A DNA stretch of 57,187 nucleotides, filler included, from Asterionella formosa (lineage: Eukaryota): assembly GCA_002256025.1 (NCBI GenBank). It is 7 parts of 7 records of this genome, joined end to end, with 100 filler letters (N's around TTAATTAATTAA, not from the genome) between each part and the next. Parts side by side here need not be neighbours in the genome. Positions count along the whole stretch, not along the records: positions 32,776 to 40,855 come from NKIB01012325.1; positions 40,956 to 49,022 come from NKIB01012326.1; positions 49,123 to 57,187 come from NKIB01012327.1; 4 more parts are not named here. One strand, written 5' to 3'. Below the pieces are notes generated by a model. It saw nothing but the letters and a program-made list of their open reading frames with translations. It did not search any database and was not told the DNA's origin. The translations under genes and the position numbers were made by a program. Each line of letters opens with the position of its first letter. Position 1 is the stretch's first letter. Of this stretch, positions 37,520 to 49,179 are shown piece by piece.

Positions 37520-38573
37520 TTCCTCAAAAACAGGAGAAGATTCTCAATGAAATTGACAGTGACCAATGCGTTTTCCTCCCCTGAATCAACAGTCCAATGA
37601 AAGATTCACCAAAGAATACCCATTTCATCTGTCTACAGTTTGACAAGAAACACACCCTCTGCCACAGTTGCAACAGATCCGGCAAAGCTTCCCAACACAA
37701 TGAACAGTTACCACTGATGATTGCCAATTTTTGGCTGGCTGGCTGGCTGGCTAGGATGGTCACAGTAGCACTATACTGCGGTTGCCAGCAAGTCAATATA
37801 TATAGTACAACAGGAAATGGCGATTATGACTATTGTTTAGAGCGCCATGGAGGGCACGATTTTTGCAGCCAGGTGGAGGGTCATTGCACAGGGGACCAAT
37901 GCATATTTACCTTATTGGAACTTTTTGACTTTCTTGGAAGGGTTATTTTGACAAAATTTCCGAAGAATGATATTTACCGATCGTTTCACTTCACCTTATT
38001 GAACGTAGTCGTTTGCGGTTTTGTGGAGGTAGGGTTTTGATTAGTTTAGGTGATTTTTACCTCCAAAAAGGTCCAATGTGTCCCATTCAAGGCTTAATCT
38101 ACCCAATCTTTTCGTTTCGGTTTGCCATGGATACTTGGTTGCCTTTGACGATTCGGATTCTTTGTTTGGTGGTAGAGGTTTGGACATGTATTGTTTCAAT
38201 TGATTCCTCATAAAAGGGGTTGTTGAAGCACTAAAATGTCCTTCCAAGTCATTTTTACGACACTGCAAGAACTCAGCTCAAATTTCTTGAAATTGATTGG
38301 ACAAATCATAAAAACCTTTATAAAGGACGCTTGGCCTAACAGCAGATGCATGTCATCACATGTCATTGCCATCAGGCAGGTATAGAATAATGTATCCCAA
38401 CTTTCGACCAGAAACAACAGTTGTGGTGACTGTCCTATTCCTTCCTGACCATAGATGTAAATTAGACTAGACTTGTTCTCTCCAACCATACGAGCAGGAG
38501 CTTCCTGCGTACTTTGTTGGAGCATAATGCACTTGGCGGTGTCGTGAGCAGATAGTTGCCATTCTTCCACCAT
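37520..38573 (-). mobile_element. Heavily decayed DNA transposase remnant (possibly Transib/Chapaev-like)
   Basis: Fragments MAMTCD..LLLGQ..KVFMIC and LVPCAMTLHL resemble motifs I associate with that class; weak. Confidence 0.25.
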
Positions 38574-38786
38574 GCAACCAGTTTTGTTAGTAATTAATGA
38601 GTTGCAATAATGATAAGTGCTGTTGATCCCTCCTCCAAAAATCGTTTTTCGTTGTTGCCATTAGAGATAAAAATGGTGTCTTTGTTGATTAATTTAATTG
38701 GATGACATAAACTAAACACTGTATCTGCAGCGATACACACAGATACACATTTCGGAGCAACAAAAAATGTGTTGCTGGAAGCAATA

Positions 38787-39206
38787 TGTTAAAGTATTAC
38801 CTTTTGTATAGATCTATATCGTTAGACAAAGAAGACTATAGATAGAGACGTTCGTTTTTCTTTCCGTTTCTATATTCTTATTGTGAGTTTACTAATCTAG
38901 TTTAGGTTGTTCTGTTTGAACAAACAAACGAACTATTCTCCAAATGCTGTTTGCATTTCTAGGAACATACAATCATAGATAGACCCATGTCTATCTCACA
39001 CTTACTGATCATAGGTTTTTAACCATGATCATTCATTTCAAACTATCGGTCTTCCGAAATAGCTTATATTGTCCGGCTCATTATAGTCGGAGTAACAAGG
39101 TATAATGTGTGGTTGATGAGTGCTTGGTACATCAAAGTTGACTCATTCGAATCGTTTGACTCGTTTGACTCCGAGTCCTAACTACGTAGATGAGCTCACT
39201 TTAACA
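38787..39206 (-). repeat. 3' LTR (420 bp) of a Copia element
   Basis: TGTTAAAG...CTTTAACA perfect 8-bp terminal inverted repeat, preceded on the minus strand by purine tract AAGGAGAG. Confidence 0.8.
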
Positions 39207-39917
39207 CTCTCCTTGTTCCAACAATCCATCATCCCGTTTTGGATCGCGTATCCGTGCATGTTCATAATCTTGTCCGTGACATTGTGTTTTGTACGTGCCC
39301 CAACCTGATGATTTTTCGTTAAATAAATCGCGCCGGTATTGTCCTCACCCATTAGACTAGGCATCACGATAGTGGTTATTTCGCCCAGTAGATTCGTTGC
39401 GAAGACAGTTTCCTTTGAGCCGTTACTGAGTGCGACATATTCACACTTGGTGCTTGATTGCGTTACGATATCCTGTCCTTTTGATATCCAGTGAATTAGG
39501 GCGCACCCTCCGATCGTGCCTAAATAACCGCTGACACTTTTTCGTGTATCAGGATTAGAGGCGAAGGCGCTGTCCACGACATCTTGAATACGTAGCTCGT
39601 TGGGCGCACGTAGTTTCATTCTGCATGCAATGTCCCCATGTAGACACAAATACCCGAGTAGGCGTTCCAATGCTTGCCAGTGCGTTTCGCCTGGGTTGTC
39701 GAGGTGCTGTGACAATTCACGACATGCATTGGCGCATACTGGCGATATTTTCCTCACGAAGTAAAGTATCTTTCCAACGAGGGAAAAAAAAAAGTAAAGT
39801 ATCTTTCCAACGAGGGAGCGATATTCCTTATTCTTGATCGTCTCTCCTCGGTTCTTACTTAGGACCGTTCCCGGGAATCCCGGCGTTGAGGCTTTCTTTG
39901 GTTCCTTTCCAAATATA
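38787..39917 (-). mobile_element. Ty1/Copia (CoDi-type) 3' fragment: RT end, RNase H and LTR; interrupted by the pogo element
   Basis: YRSLVGKILY, HWQALERLLGYL, VDSAFASNPDTRKSVSG, SSTKCEYVALS, EDNTGAIYL, RTKH followed by an internal deletion. Confidence 0.88.
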
Positions 39918-40855
39918 CCCATATATTTCATTGTCCTGGACCCCCCAATGTACACTGCCGTGACTGAATTTGACTGATTTTACTTAAGGGGGGTCCAGGA
40001 CAATGAAGAGATTTCCCTTATACTAGTCCTAAGTTAATTTTATTAGTTCTACAGGATGGCGCGCATTTTTCTAATATTTATTAATATGATCACTGTTTCC
40101 GAAAAGTGAAAAATGAGAAAGTTCTTCACCTTGCAAGAAAAGCGCGACATCATGGATGAAGCATGGGAACTCCCCGGCATCATCAAGGTTGTTGCACGTA
40201 AGTATGGCATTGGCGCCAGCAATATTCGGCGCTGGAAAGCTAACTTTCATGATTTCGACAATCGTTATTCTGATGTAGAAGGTTTATTGTCGGATGAGGG
40301 GCGCCTCCTTCTGAAAAAACAAACTTTTCATTCAGGCAAGTTGCGTAGCAATAGTGCAACTGAATTTGCGGCGATTCGTCTCTTGTATGATCAGCTTCGT
40401 GGTGATGATCGCGCTTGTTCGATCATGTTGCTTGCTGCTGAGCTGAAGCGCTTGTCGGGACATGTTGCTAGCTTGAGCGTTATTCAACAGCGTGTAGCTC
40501 GTTGGTGCACATCCCAAAACATTGTGTATCGTGGTATCACCCACAAGGCACAAAACACGCGCTATGTACTGAGTGTCATGCAGGAGTATCTCCATTACAT
40601 AAACGCACAGTTTCTTGAAGGGTCGTATCATCGTGCTAGTATCGTAAATCTAGATGAGACAAACATTTATTTCTATATGGCAGGCGGGCTCACGCTAGCT
40701 GATAAAGGTGCGAAAACCATCAGTTTACACACCAATGGTAGCAGCATGTGTTGCACAGTGTTGTTGGGTGTTACCATGTCTGGAGAGAAGCTTGCTCCTC
40801 TTGTTGTTTTCAAAGGAGTACCTGATGCCAGGATCCAGCGAGAATTCAACAATCA
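39918..40855 (+). mobile_element. pogo/Tigger-like (Tc1/mariner superfamily) DNA transposon, left part
   Basis: Inserted after TA at 39916-39917; TIR CCCATATATTTCATTGTCCTGGACCCCCC; related copy at 1651-2283. Confidence 0.87.
40113..40855 (+). CDS. pogo-like transposase (HTH + CENP-B-type HTH + DDE_1), 3' truncated at contig edge
   Basis: VARKYGIGASNIRRWK, ITHKAQ, IVNLDET, CTVLLGVTMSGEKLAPLVVFKG; open to the contig end. Confidence 0.88.
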
Positions 40856-40955
40856 NNNNNNNNNNNNNNNNNNNNNNNNNNNNNNNNNNNNNNNNNNNNT
40901 TAATTAATTAANNNNNNNNNNNNNNNNNNNNNNNNNNNNNNNNNNNNNNNNNNNN
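40856..40955. other. Artificial contig spacer
   Basis: N44-TTAATTAATTAA-N44. Confidence 0.99.
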
Positions 40956-42774
40956 CTTAACTTTGAGAGAATATAAACATTTTGTTAGTTTTGTTCCAAC
41001 AGAAGTGAATAGGTCCAACGAGCGACAAGAGCACTTACGCAATTTGGTTTGGTTTTGTTTTACATTGGTGCTCCCCAACAAGCGAAACGAGCTGTTGAAT
41101 CAACTGAGAAAAAAGGAAATGTGGCTGCGTTTAGTTTACAATTTGTTGTTGTGCTGCCTGCCTCCCAACGATTGTCATCCAAGTACCACATTGATGGCTT
41201 CATTACCTTTAACATTCTCCATCCTTCGAAGGCGCAATGTGTCGAAGTCACAATGTTTTTCGTTATGCATTGCGAAAACTTTCTTTTCTTGTCATGTGCT
41301 TTACTACGACGTATCTTTTCATGAAGCAGCAGGCATTGTTTGTTAACACGACAGAACGATTTCAAAAATATATATGCCATGTATATAGTAATAAAATTTG
41401 TAAATATATATATTTATATTAAGTGTTATACATTTATAAAATTCAAAGGCGCTCTCGATATGGAACATCTGATATGGTTGGGATGATCATACTCGCATAT
41501 ACATAATTCGAAAATACTCAATGCACTATATGTCCATTGTTTTTCACGACTACGTGTACCGGTATTATTTCTGAAATTTGTTTGCATCGATATTTTCTAC
41601 GTCCGTTGAAACTAATTATTTAGACCGTTCAATTGCCGCAAGGGTTTTGGTAGCAAATTGTTTAAGCCCCTTTTTTGGTTGGGAGCTCTTCATGTGTACC
41701 GGTACATCATACCGGTATGACAATAACAATATATCATATATATATACGGAGCACCAGTAACAGGTAGTAAGTGATATACTGGGGGTAGTCGGAGTAGTAA
41801 ACTAGCAACAGAACACCATATGTTCAGGACTGTTGCTACTGCAGTGGGACAGTAAATCATCATAGTTTTAGGATCCTATGATCGTAAAAAACACCAAAAA
41901 AACACCATATGCTTATGACTGTTGCAATTACAGTGGAACATTAAATCATCATAGTTTTAGGATCAAATGATCGTAAAACTAAAAACAAATCGAAAACTAT
42001 ATGTTCAGAACTGTTGCTACCATAGCACACTGCAGTGGAACAGTAAATCATCATAGTTTTAGGATCATATGATCGTAAAACTAAAAAGCATTAGTCGGAG
42101 TAATAAGCAAGCAATAGAACACCATTGTAAATCATCATAGTTTTATGATTGTATGATCGTGAAACTGAAAAGTGGTACCGGTAGTCGGAGTAATAAGCAA
42201 GCAATAGAACACCATATGTCTATGACTGCTGCTACTACAGCGGGACAGTAAATGAATTTAAGATCATCGAACTTTAAGGAAGACAACGACAACAGCTGGT
42301 CGTGTTGCTGGTCCACTTTTAATGGCCAAAGAAGGAAGCGACAAAAATTGCTTACGACGCGAAGTGAAAGCGGCACCAACAATCATTGCAATGAGAGCAT
42401 TGTAGAACATTCTGTAGCCACTTAAGATATAGAATCATAGCACCATTCTTAGCTAAATATAGTTCTAAATTTCGATCAATTTCATCCTATTTTAGACCCT
42501 GATATCGATGAGAATTACGATCATGCTAAGATAGATGTATGACAAAAGTATACACATCATATGACCATGTTTAACTAATTATATGATGCAATGGTATTTT
42601 AACTATGATAGTCTCATCATACTTCAAGCTCGGTAAAGTTTACTGCATGATCATAATTATATGATACATTGATCATATTTTTGATCGAAAAACTATCATA
42701 TATGTGAAAATCCTGTGCCACTTAGAGTATGATACCCTTGATCATATTTTCATGATATTTTTTATTTACAGACA
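40956..42774. mobile_element. Family X copy: inverted end-A interior, minisatellite, end B
   Basis: 40956-42295 is the reverse complement of 49180-50505. 42364-42774 matches 51817-52234 and ends TTTATTTACAGACA. Confidence 0.82.
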
Positions 42775-43271
42775 GATGTTGCCACTCAGTACTATTTCGG
42801 TAGAGGTAAGCTTTTCAATGACCTTGATTGGTGTGCAAATCCACAAGGGGAGTTTGCAACAAACTCTAATGAACCAACTAGTCCCCTATCCTGTCATGTG
42901 CATAATGATAAAATGATACAACAACAACATTCTCATTATCATGCAGAAGTTTGTTGATAGATATGAGTTTTTGCAAACCTTCCTCTGCTGCTATTGCTGT
43001 TTTAATGTTGTACAGTTGTTATCATCTGCTGTTGCATTTTTAGTGTCCATATCAATGTTGGCTATGTTGTTGTTGACATGTTGCTCATTGTTCTTGGGAA
43101 GAACCCACTAAGTATAAGACCTTGTGAGTAGAATTACTGGTTTTCAACAACTGGATGTTGTCATTCTTGAATGTATCATATTTTATATAAATAGAATCAC
43201 CTGAATATAAATATTTGATGATATCTCTATGCTCAAATGATTGTACAAACAAACTTTTCTTTTTTGCTGTA

Positions 43272-45194
43272 TTAACATTCTCCTGTTTGGTATAAGTTCA
43301 AATCAACGGACTCTTCTGTTCTAACCCTTTCAATGATGGACCTTTTAACATTGCACAAGTCCTTCTTGCATGTGAATTCAGAAAGAAGTATGTCAACCAA
43401 ACCCAACTGAAAATTCTCTTTAGCCACTCTCTCAGAACAAAAATTTCGAACCCAACTCTGAATACGAAGTATTTGATCCCAACATTCAGAACAAATTTTT
43501 TGAACCCGACTCTTAACGTGAAGTATTTGAACCGACCTCTTAGAACGAATTTTTTGAAACCAACTCGATTGACAATTCTCCTCGGTTACTTTGGACAGAT
43601 GATTGGAAGCATTGTGTTGATTGCTCCATAACATGTTGAAAACAGCAACAGCTATGCCAACTGTTGCCAACGGTAAGGCCAAGTTATCCATTTGGTTGTA
43701 TGAAGCAGCCCATCTGGATTGTATCATCACGACAGTCGCTCCAGTAAACGGCAAGACCAGATTATCTATTTGATAAGTTAATGCTTCTAGGACGGTGGAT
43801 ACTATCACAGCAATAGTCCAATCCTCCCTTCCACACGCCCAACAAATCGCAAACATGCTCATCAACATGGCGAAGCTACCTTCAACACTTCGTTTTCTCC
43901 CCCATTTTGTTTTTCCGTAATGTGTTCCCACAATGGCCGCCATGCTATCGCCCACCCCCAAAACGAGAATGCCGAAGAGAGCAAGGCCATTAGTACGGTC
44001 AATCCCCATAATAGCAGACATCCAACATGGTATCGCACACCCAGCAATCAATGTAATGGGTGAAATCACCACTTTGTCTGCTGCATCCTTATCCACGTCG
44101 AGATAACGTATGTATACATGGTTGAAGGATGTAATTTTCCGCACATGCTCTACGACCATGAGCACACACATGGCAATGGCATATACCAGTGACATGAAAA
44201 TTGGGTCATCGTAGGTGGGAGGAAGAAATAGGAGAATAGCTATCCCGTGGAACCACTTGCGAGCAATGACGGGGAACTTGAATTTTGACGGAGATAAGGG
44301 AAGGAGGACCGCCAGCACGAGGGCCCAATAGATGAGAAAATAGTATCGAGGACAGGTCCCTTCGACCTGTAACAGGAAATCCACCAACCAGTAAAGACAG
44401 AGTGGTTTTGGAAGCCGTTGACTGTCCATTTTGTATAAATTTAATTCGACGAGCAATAGTGGCATTCCCATTAGAAACGGTAGCCTAGTGATTAACGAGT
44501 TTGAAAGCAAAGAAGCCACCTTGCATCCCAGTAGAGTCCCTGTCACTCCAGCAACGGCCACGAGTAGATAAACATCCTCTGGGTCAGTTGGAATCCACAG
44601 GAGACCTCGTATTAAGGTAATTCCTCCAATCGTCGACACAAGCTTGAATTCTCCCTTTGTAAAGACGCCTTGCAAACTGGAGCACCCTGCTAGGGGATAG
44701 TAGTTCACAACAATTGAATAAATGGCGTAACACAGTGTCTCGAGTGACTGCATTTCGATGTAGTAGACTGCTGAAACAGCCAAAACTACTACATTGGCGG
44801 GGAAATCTAAGGCTGACGATGCTGCGAAAGGTGCAGGTTCCTGCATGACCAACATGACCAGTGGTGGCAACACAGCACTCATGATGATTCCCTGAGCATC
44901 TCCTTCAGATGCGCTACTTGGGATCCTCCAAGTAACTTTAATTGTTGAGCTCATTTGAAACGTGGACAAAAGCCAGAAGATTCGGAATGAGATGATCCAA
45001 ATTATATTCATCGCCGACGACTGCTTTACCTGCATCGCGTAAAATGATAGCAGAATCAGCCATAGAATGCTTTCAATGTTTGGAATGAGAGGCCTGCGGG
45101 TAGTGGAAGTCATAAATGCATACGAACTCCAACGATAGAGTACTTCGTGAACCGGGTGATATAAACCGAGTATTACCGAATATTTCTCAGACAT
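43272..45194 (-). CDS. DOLK: Dolichol kinase (CTP-dependent, polytopic membrane) with C-terminal extension
   Basis: ARKWFH, GVGDSMAAIVG..YGKTKW..KRSVEGS, LEALTYQIDNLVLP; many TM segments. Confidence 0.85.
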   Translation of the reverse strand: MSEKYSVILGLYHPVHEVLYRWSSYAFMTSTTRRPLIPNIESILWLILLSFYAMQVKQSSAMNIIWIISFRIFWLLSTFQMSSTIKVTWRIPSSASEGDAQGIIMSAVLPPLVMLVMQEPAPFAASSALDFPANVVVLAVSAVYYIEMQSLETLCYAIYSIVVNYYPLAGCSSLQGVFTKGEFKLVSTIGGITLIRGLLWIPTDPEDVYLLVAVAGVTGTLLGCKVASLLSNSLITRLPFLMGMPLLLVELNLYKMDSQRLPKPLCLYWLVDFLLQVEGTCPRYYFLIYWALVLAVLLPLSPSKFKFPVIARKWFHGIAILLFLPPTYDDPIFMSLVYAIAMCVLMVVEHVRKITSFNHVYIRYLDVDKDAADKVVISPITLIAGCAIPCWMSAIMGIDRTNGLALFGILVLGVGDSMAAIVGTHYGKTKWGRKRSVEGSFAMLMSMFAICWACGREDWTIAVIVSTVLEALTYQIDNLVLPFTGATVVMIQSRWAASYNQMDNLALPLATVGIAVAVFNMLWSNQHNASNHLSKVTEENCQSSWFQKIRSKRSVQILHVKSRVQKICSECWDQILRIQSWVRNFCSERVAKENFQLGLVDILLSEFTCKKDLCNVKRSIIERVRTEESVDLNLYQTGEC

Positions 45195-45615
45195 GCTCGG
45201 CTAAAACAGCATGCATCAATCAACAAAGTATGTTCAGATCTCGTAATCCACTGGAATCGATTGTAGAGCTAATAGATAAAGCCAAAGTGCTCTGATAAGA
45301 GGAGTAGACAGAGATTCTTTTACTAAAATATGGAAGACAAACAAAAATTTGTTTGTACCCGTGCTGTTCAAGATGACCCAACATACACTGCACAGGCGCT
45401 TATGACTGCATACGGACCGGTACGGAAAATTTGATTAGGAATAATAACGCATACCGGTATTTGGAATTGAAGTGCATCCAGACGCGCAAGTTCCGACAAG
45501 TTTAAATAATTCAAAAAAGAATCATTCAAATTATCTCATACGTATGCATACCGATATATGTGCCGGTATGTAAAAAACAAATATCAAAACATCTGGGTAC
45601 TACCGGTACATATCG

Positions 45616-46123
45616 GGGGAAATCTAAGGCTGACGATGCTGCAAAAGGTGCTGGTTCCTGCATGACCAGTGGTGGCAACACAGCACTCATGATGATTCCC
45701 TGAGCATCCCCTTCAGATGCGCTGCTTGGGATCCTACAAGTCGCTTTAAATTGTTGAGTTCATTTGAAACGTGGACAAAAGCCAGAAGATTCGGAATGAG
45801 ATGATCCAAAACATATTCATCGCCGACGACTGCTTTACCTCGCGTAAAAGGATAGCGGAATCAGCCATAGGAAGGCTTTCAATGTTTGGAACGGGAGGCC
45901 TTCGGGTAGTGGAAGTCATCAATGCATACGAACTCCTACGATAGAGTACTTCGTGAACCGGGTAATATTAACGGAGTATTACCGAATATTTCTCAGACAT
46001 GCTCGGCGAAAACAGCATGCATCAATCAACAAAGTATGTTCAGATCTCGTAATCCACTGGAATCGATTGTAGAGCTAAAAGATAAAGCCTAAATAATTAG
46101 AGGAGTAGACTGAGATTTTTTAC
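45616..46123 (-). pseudogene. Partial direct duplicate of the DOLK 5' end and leader (44799-45323)
   Basis: Co-linear with the original but carries 9-bp and 4-bp deletions and 1-bp insertions; copy of the start codon at 46000. Confidence 0.88.
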
Positions 46124-46432
46124 AAAGACAAACACGATGCATGATGAAAAAAGTGTTGATCACTTTACCACGTATGTACCATACGTAATGACTCTAACGG
46201 CTTTGTGCAATGGTGATTTGTAGCAAGCCCGCTAGCGCCCGCCGACAACACTGGTTATCAACCTGGTCCCTCAGGTACTATAGTTTTACCTAATAATCGC
46301 ATTTGTTGCGTGAGTCTAAATGGCATAACTCTATATATGGCATTTATTCATAAAATTTATGTGTTCAAAAGTTCAAACTATACATAGCTACCGAAGGGGT
46401 AGCCGTGTAGTTCATGTTTAATCATGACCCAA

Positions 46433-46578
46433 CCATGACTGTTTGGAATGCATCTGTGACTGCATGGAGTGCATCTGTGACTTCATTGAATGCGCCTATG
46501 ACTTCATTGAATTTGTCTATGACTGCATAGAATGCGTCTATGACTGCACGACTTAGAAGGCGCCTATGACTGCATGAG
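46433..46578. repeat. ~21-bp minisatellite (GAATGCRTCTRTGACTKCATD), ~6 copies
   Basis: Direct reading. Confidence 0.8.
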
Positions 46579-46676
46579 ATAAATTTAATTAAGGTTCCTG
46601 CTTTTCAACCCTATGTAAGGCAAAAATTAAAATATAGCTTAGGGTTGCCGAAATTCCCTGCCAACTCACGAAATGC

Positions 46677-46865
46677 ATGAGAGATGACCTCACCCAAAAG
46701 GACAGGCGCCATGCTGCATTTGCTGTCAAAAAGGAAGATATTGTTGACCTGGTGTCGAAAGCATGGGATGAATCCATAGCCCATATCGCTACAAACCAAA
46801 AGGCTGTTGCTGAAAGAGGTTGGGGTCCATTGAACTACAACTTGTTAAACCATCCGGAAATTCAA
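46677..46865 (+). mobile_element. DDE (pogo-like) transposase C-terminal remnant
   Basis: EDIVDLVSKAWDESIA..NQKAVAERGWGPLNYNLLNHPEI. Confidence 0.55.
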
Positions 46866-47481
46866 CTGATAAGTACCTCAAATCTGCAAACAGAAGCAAA
46901 CAACAATCAACCCGCCTCTTCCATTCCCCCATCCAGACTACTCACTGTATTTTACTTTGGCATTTCCTACAAGGTCATGTCGAAGACACCGTGAATGCAG
47001 ACCTTGATAGTTTATTGGACGTCATATTTAGGAGACTGGAGTCAGTGAATTTGTCAACTTTCATTAAAAAGAAGGGTGGAAAGAAGATTGGATGGCATGC
47101 ACTTGTTATTGATCATAGCAATGTCAAGTTTGCTAGAAGCTTTGTTGATGAGGTTTGGCCTGCAAACCAATGTGACTGTATTAAACATCTCAACATTTTC
47201 CTACCAAAAGTTGCAGATGCGATGAAAACTGTTCATTTGATTATTGCTGATGATTTCATGCTACAGATTGAAGGGACTCTATCTTCCAAGATATTTTTGT
47301 TGAATTTGTCTTTCCTCCCTGACCAATTTTTGTCCTTTTCTTCACCTGGTCTTTAAACAAATTTTGGGGCAACTCAGAAATGATGAGGCTACCAATTCAC
47401 TCATCAAGAACACATTTGGTTCTAAAACTATACTCTGTTGTGATTGCTATAGGCAAATGACAGGCAAGGTAATGTCATTGA

Positions 47482-47989
47482 TTGCCTATGGAGCATTCAC
47501 TGACAAGATGGTTATCTCGAATAGAGTCAACAGATGTCAGGAAGAGTATGCCTTCCACCTGTACATTGTTGCACACTGCTGTAAATCACTCTAATTTTCC
47601 TCAGGAGCCACATTTTGACTATCAGCACCATGCAGAACTGGTAGTAAATGACTTCTACAAGTGCCTTCATTGGGGATTGGATATGTCCCTAGGTGCTGGT
47701 GGTTTCTCTATAAATGCCTGGGATGGAAAGTAGTTTGAGTATAACCTCATTTTAGATCGAAAAGGTAAATGTAAAGCGGAATTAACATGCCATGGAACAT
47801 GTAAACCAACATGCGATGCTTCTTCGCATTTCCTTCAAGTACATCTTCTTAATGCGAGGTGATATGGTTCATGCAGGTGCTATGGATAATCACATAACCA
47901 ATGGTGCATTGAGACTTCGCATGTATTTGTCTCCTGGTTTAACTGCAGAGCAAAACTCAGTTGCTATTTGCAAAAGATTCGGAAATTAA
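47482..47989 (+). pseudogene. Decayed 2OG-Fe(II)/DSBH-type dioxygenase-like ORF
   Basis: PQEPHFDY (HxD) ... LMRGDMVHAG (distal H) ... LRLRMY, split by a stop and a frameshift. Confidence 0.42.
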
Positions 47990-48735
47990 CACAAAAATAA
48001 ATGGTATGGAGGGTATCCCTTCATCACTAGTTTCGTTTTTGCTTGATTCCTATGGGGAAAGATGGAAGTAAGAATTTTTATTTACTCATAAATAGTTACT
48101 TACAAAATGGTCATTTGTTTTTAATCAAGTAAAGCCATTTGCAAAAACCGCTGGTGTCGTTTCTTTTGCTCCATTGACCAAGTCGGAAAGAAGTGTCATG
48201 TTTTTGACAAGTCTCTTTGTTCCAACCACTCCTCATATTCGAAACCGTTTGGTTCGTCGTTGTGGTAAGTTTTGTTGCGCAGAAAGTCACAAATTGGCGG
48301 GAGACATCCATCAACCAAGTCGGATAGAAGTGTCATGTCAGTTCTTGTCACATCTCTTCGTTCCAACTCCTCTTATTCGAAAACGTTTGATTAGGCGGGA
48401 TACAACCTTCCTCGCTGTTTCCCAAGTCCAATGGTACCACCAGAATGCAGCAAAGTTTTCTTTCCATTCATGATCCTTGGAACTCGGTCATGTTGTGGCA
48501 TTCTAGCCCCTGCTCCATAACCACTGCCACCCTGTTGCAAGCCGTTGCAATGCACGATAAAATTTTTCCGGTATAATCGATTCCAGCGCTAGCAATCCTG
48601 TCATGAGCTGTATTGGTTCGAAATAATGGATTTTGCGTGGGATGATCATTTTTGAATTGCTATCAATCTTTATTTAATTGATCATCAGTTGACCAGCAGC
48701 TCATGTTGGTGGAAATGAAATATCCATGCGTTTTT

Positions 48736-49014
48736 TCAAAGTCTGGTAGGATGGAGCTTGATACCTGCCTGCCATCTAAATATTTCATTGCTTTTGGCTG
48801 CCTTGAACAGCCATTTCATTAGATGATCAAAGTAAACTGGTGGAAGATAATTCTCGTTGAGGAATAACATGAGTTCTAATTCAATTGGATGCATGTTCAG
48901 AGAATGTTTACTTGGAAGTTGAAATTGAGGAGGAAGGGGCATTTCCATTGCATTATCAGGGAGAAAGCCGGTGCGATCTTGAAAATCTGAATATTGCATG
49001 GTTTCTGAATTCAA
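48736..49014 (-). mobile_element. Possible Plavaka/CACTA-like transposase N-terminal remnant
   Basis: IELELMLFLNENYLPPVYFDHLMKWL..A resembles the N-terminal helix motif I associate with such elements; no catalytic residues seen. Confidence 0.3.
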
Positions 49015-49022
49015 CCCTTGGA

Positions 49023-49122
49023 NNNNNNNNNNNNNNNNNNNNNNNNNNNNNNNNNNNNNNNNNNNNTTAATTAATTAANNNNNNNNNNNNNNNNNNNNNN
49101 NNNNNNNNNNNNNNNNNNNNNN
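49023..49122. other. Artificial contig spacer
   Basis: N44-TTAATTAATTAA-N44. Confidence 0.99.
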
Positions 49123-49179
49123 TCGCTTGTTTCCATGAACCTCTTTATGGTTTCTTGAAGACATTGTACTACTTGATAA

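Noticed and set aside
38787..39206. Both LTRs in the window measure 420 bp, suggesting one element
   Set aside because: The sequences are not similar beyond TGTT...AACA and lie on different contigs
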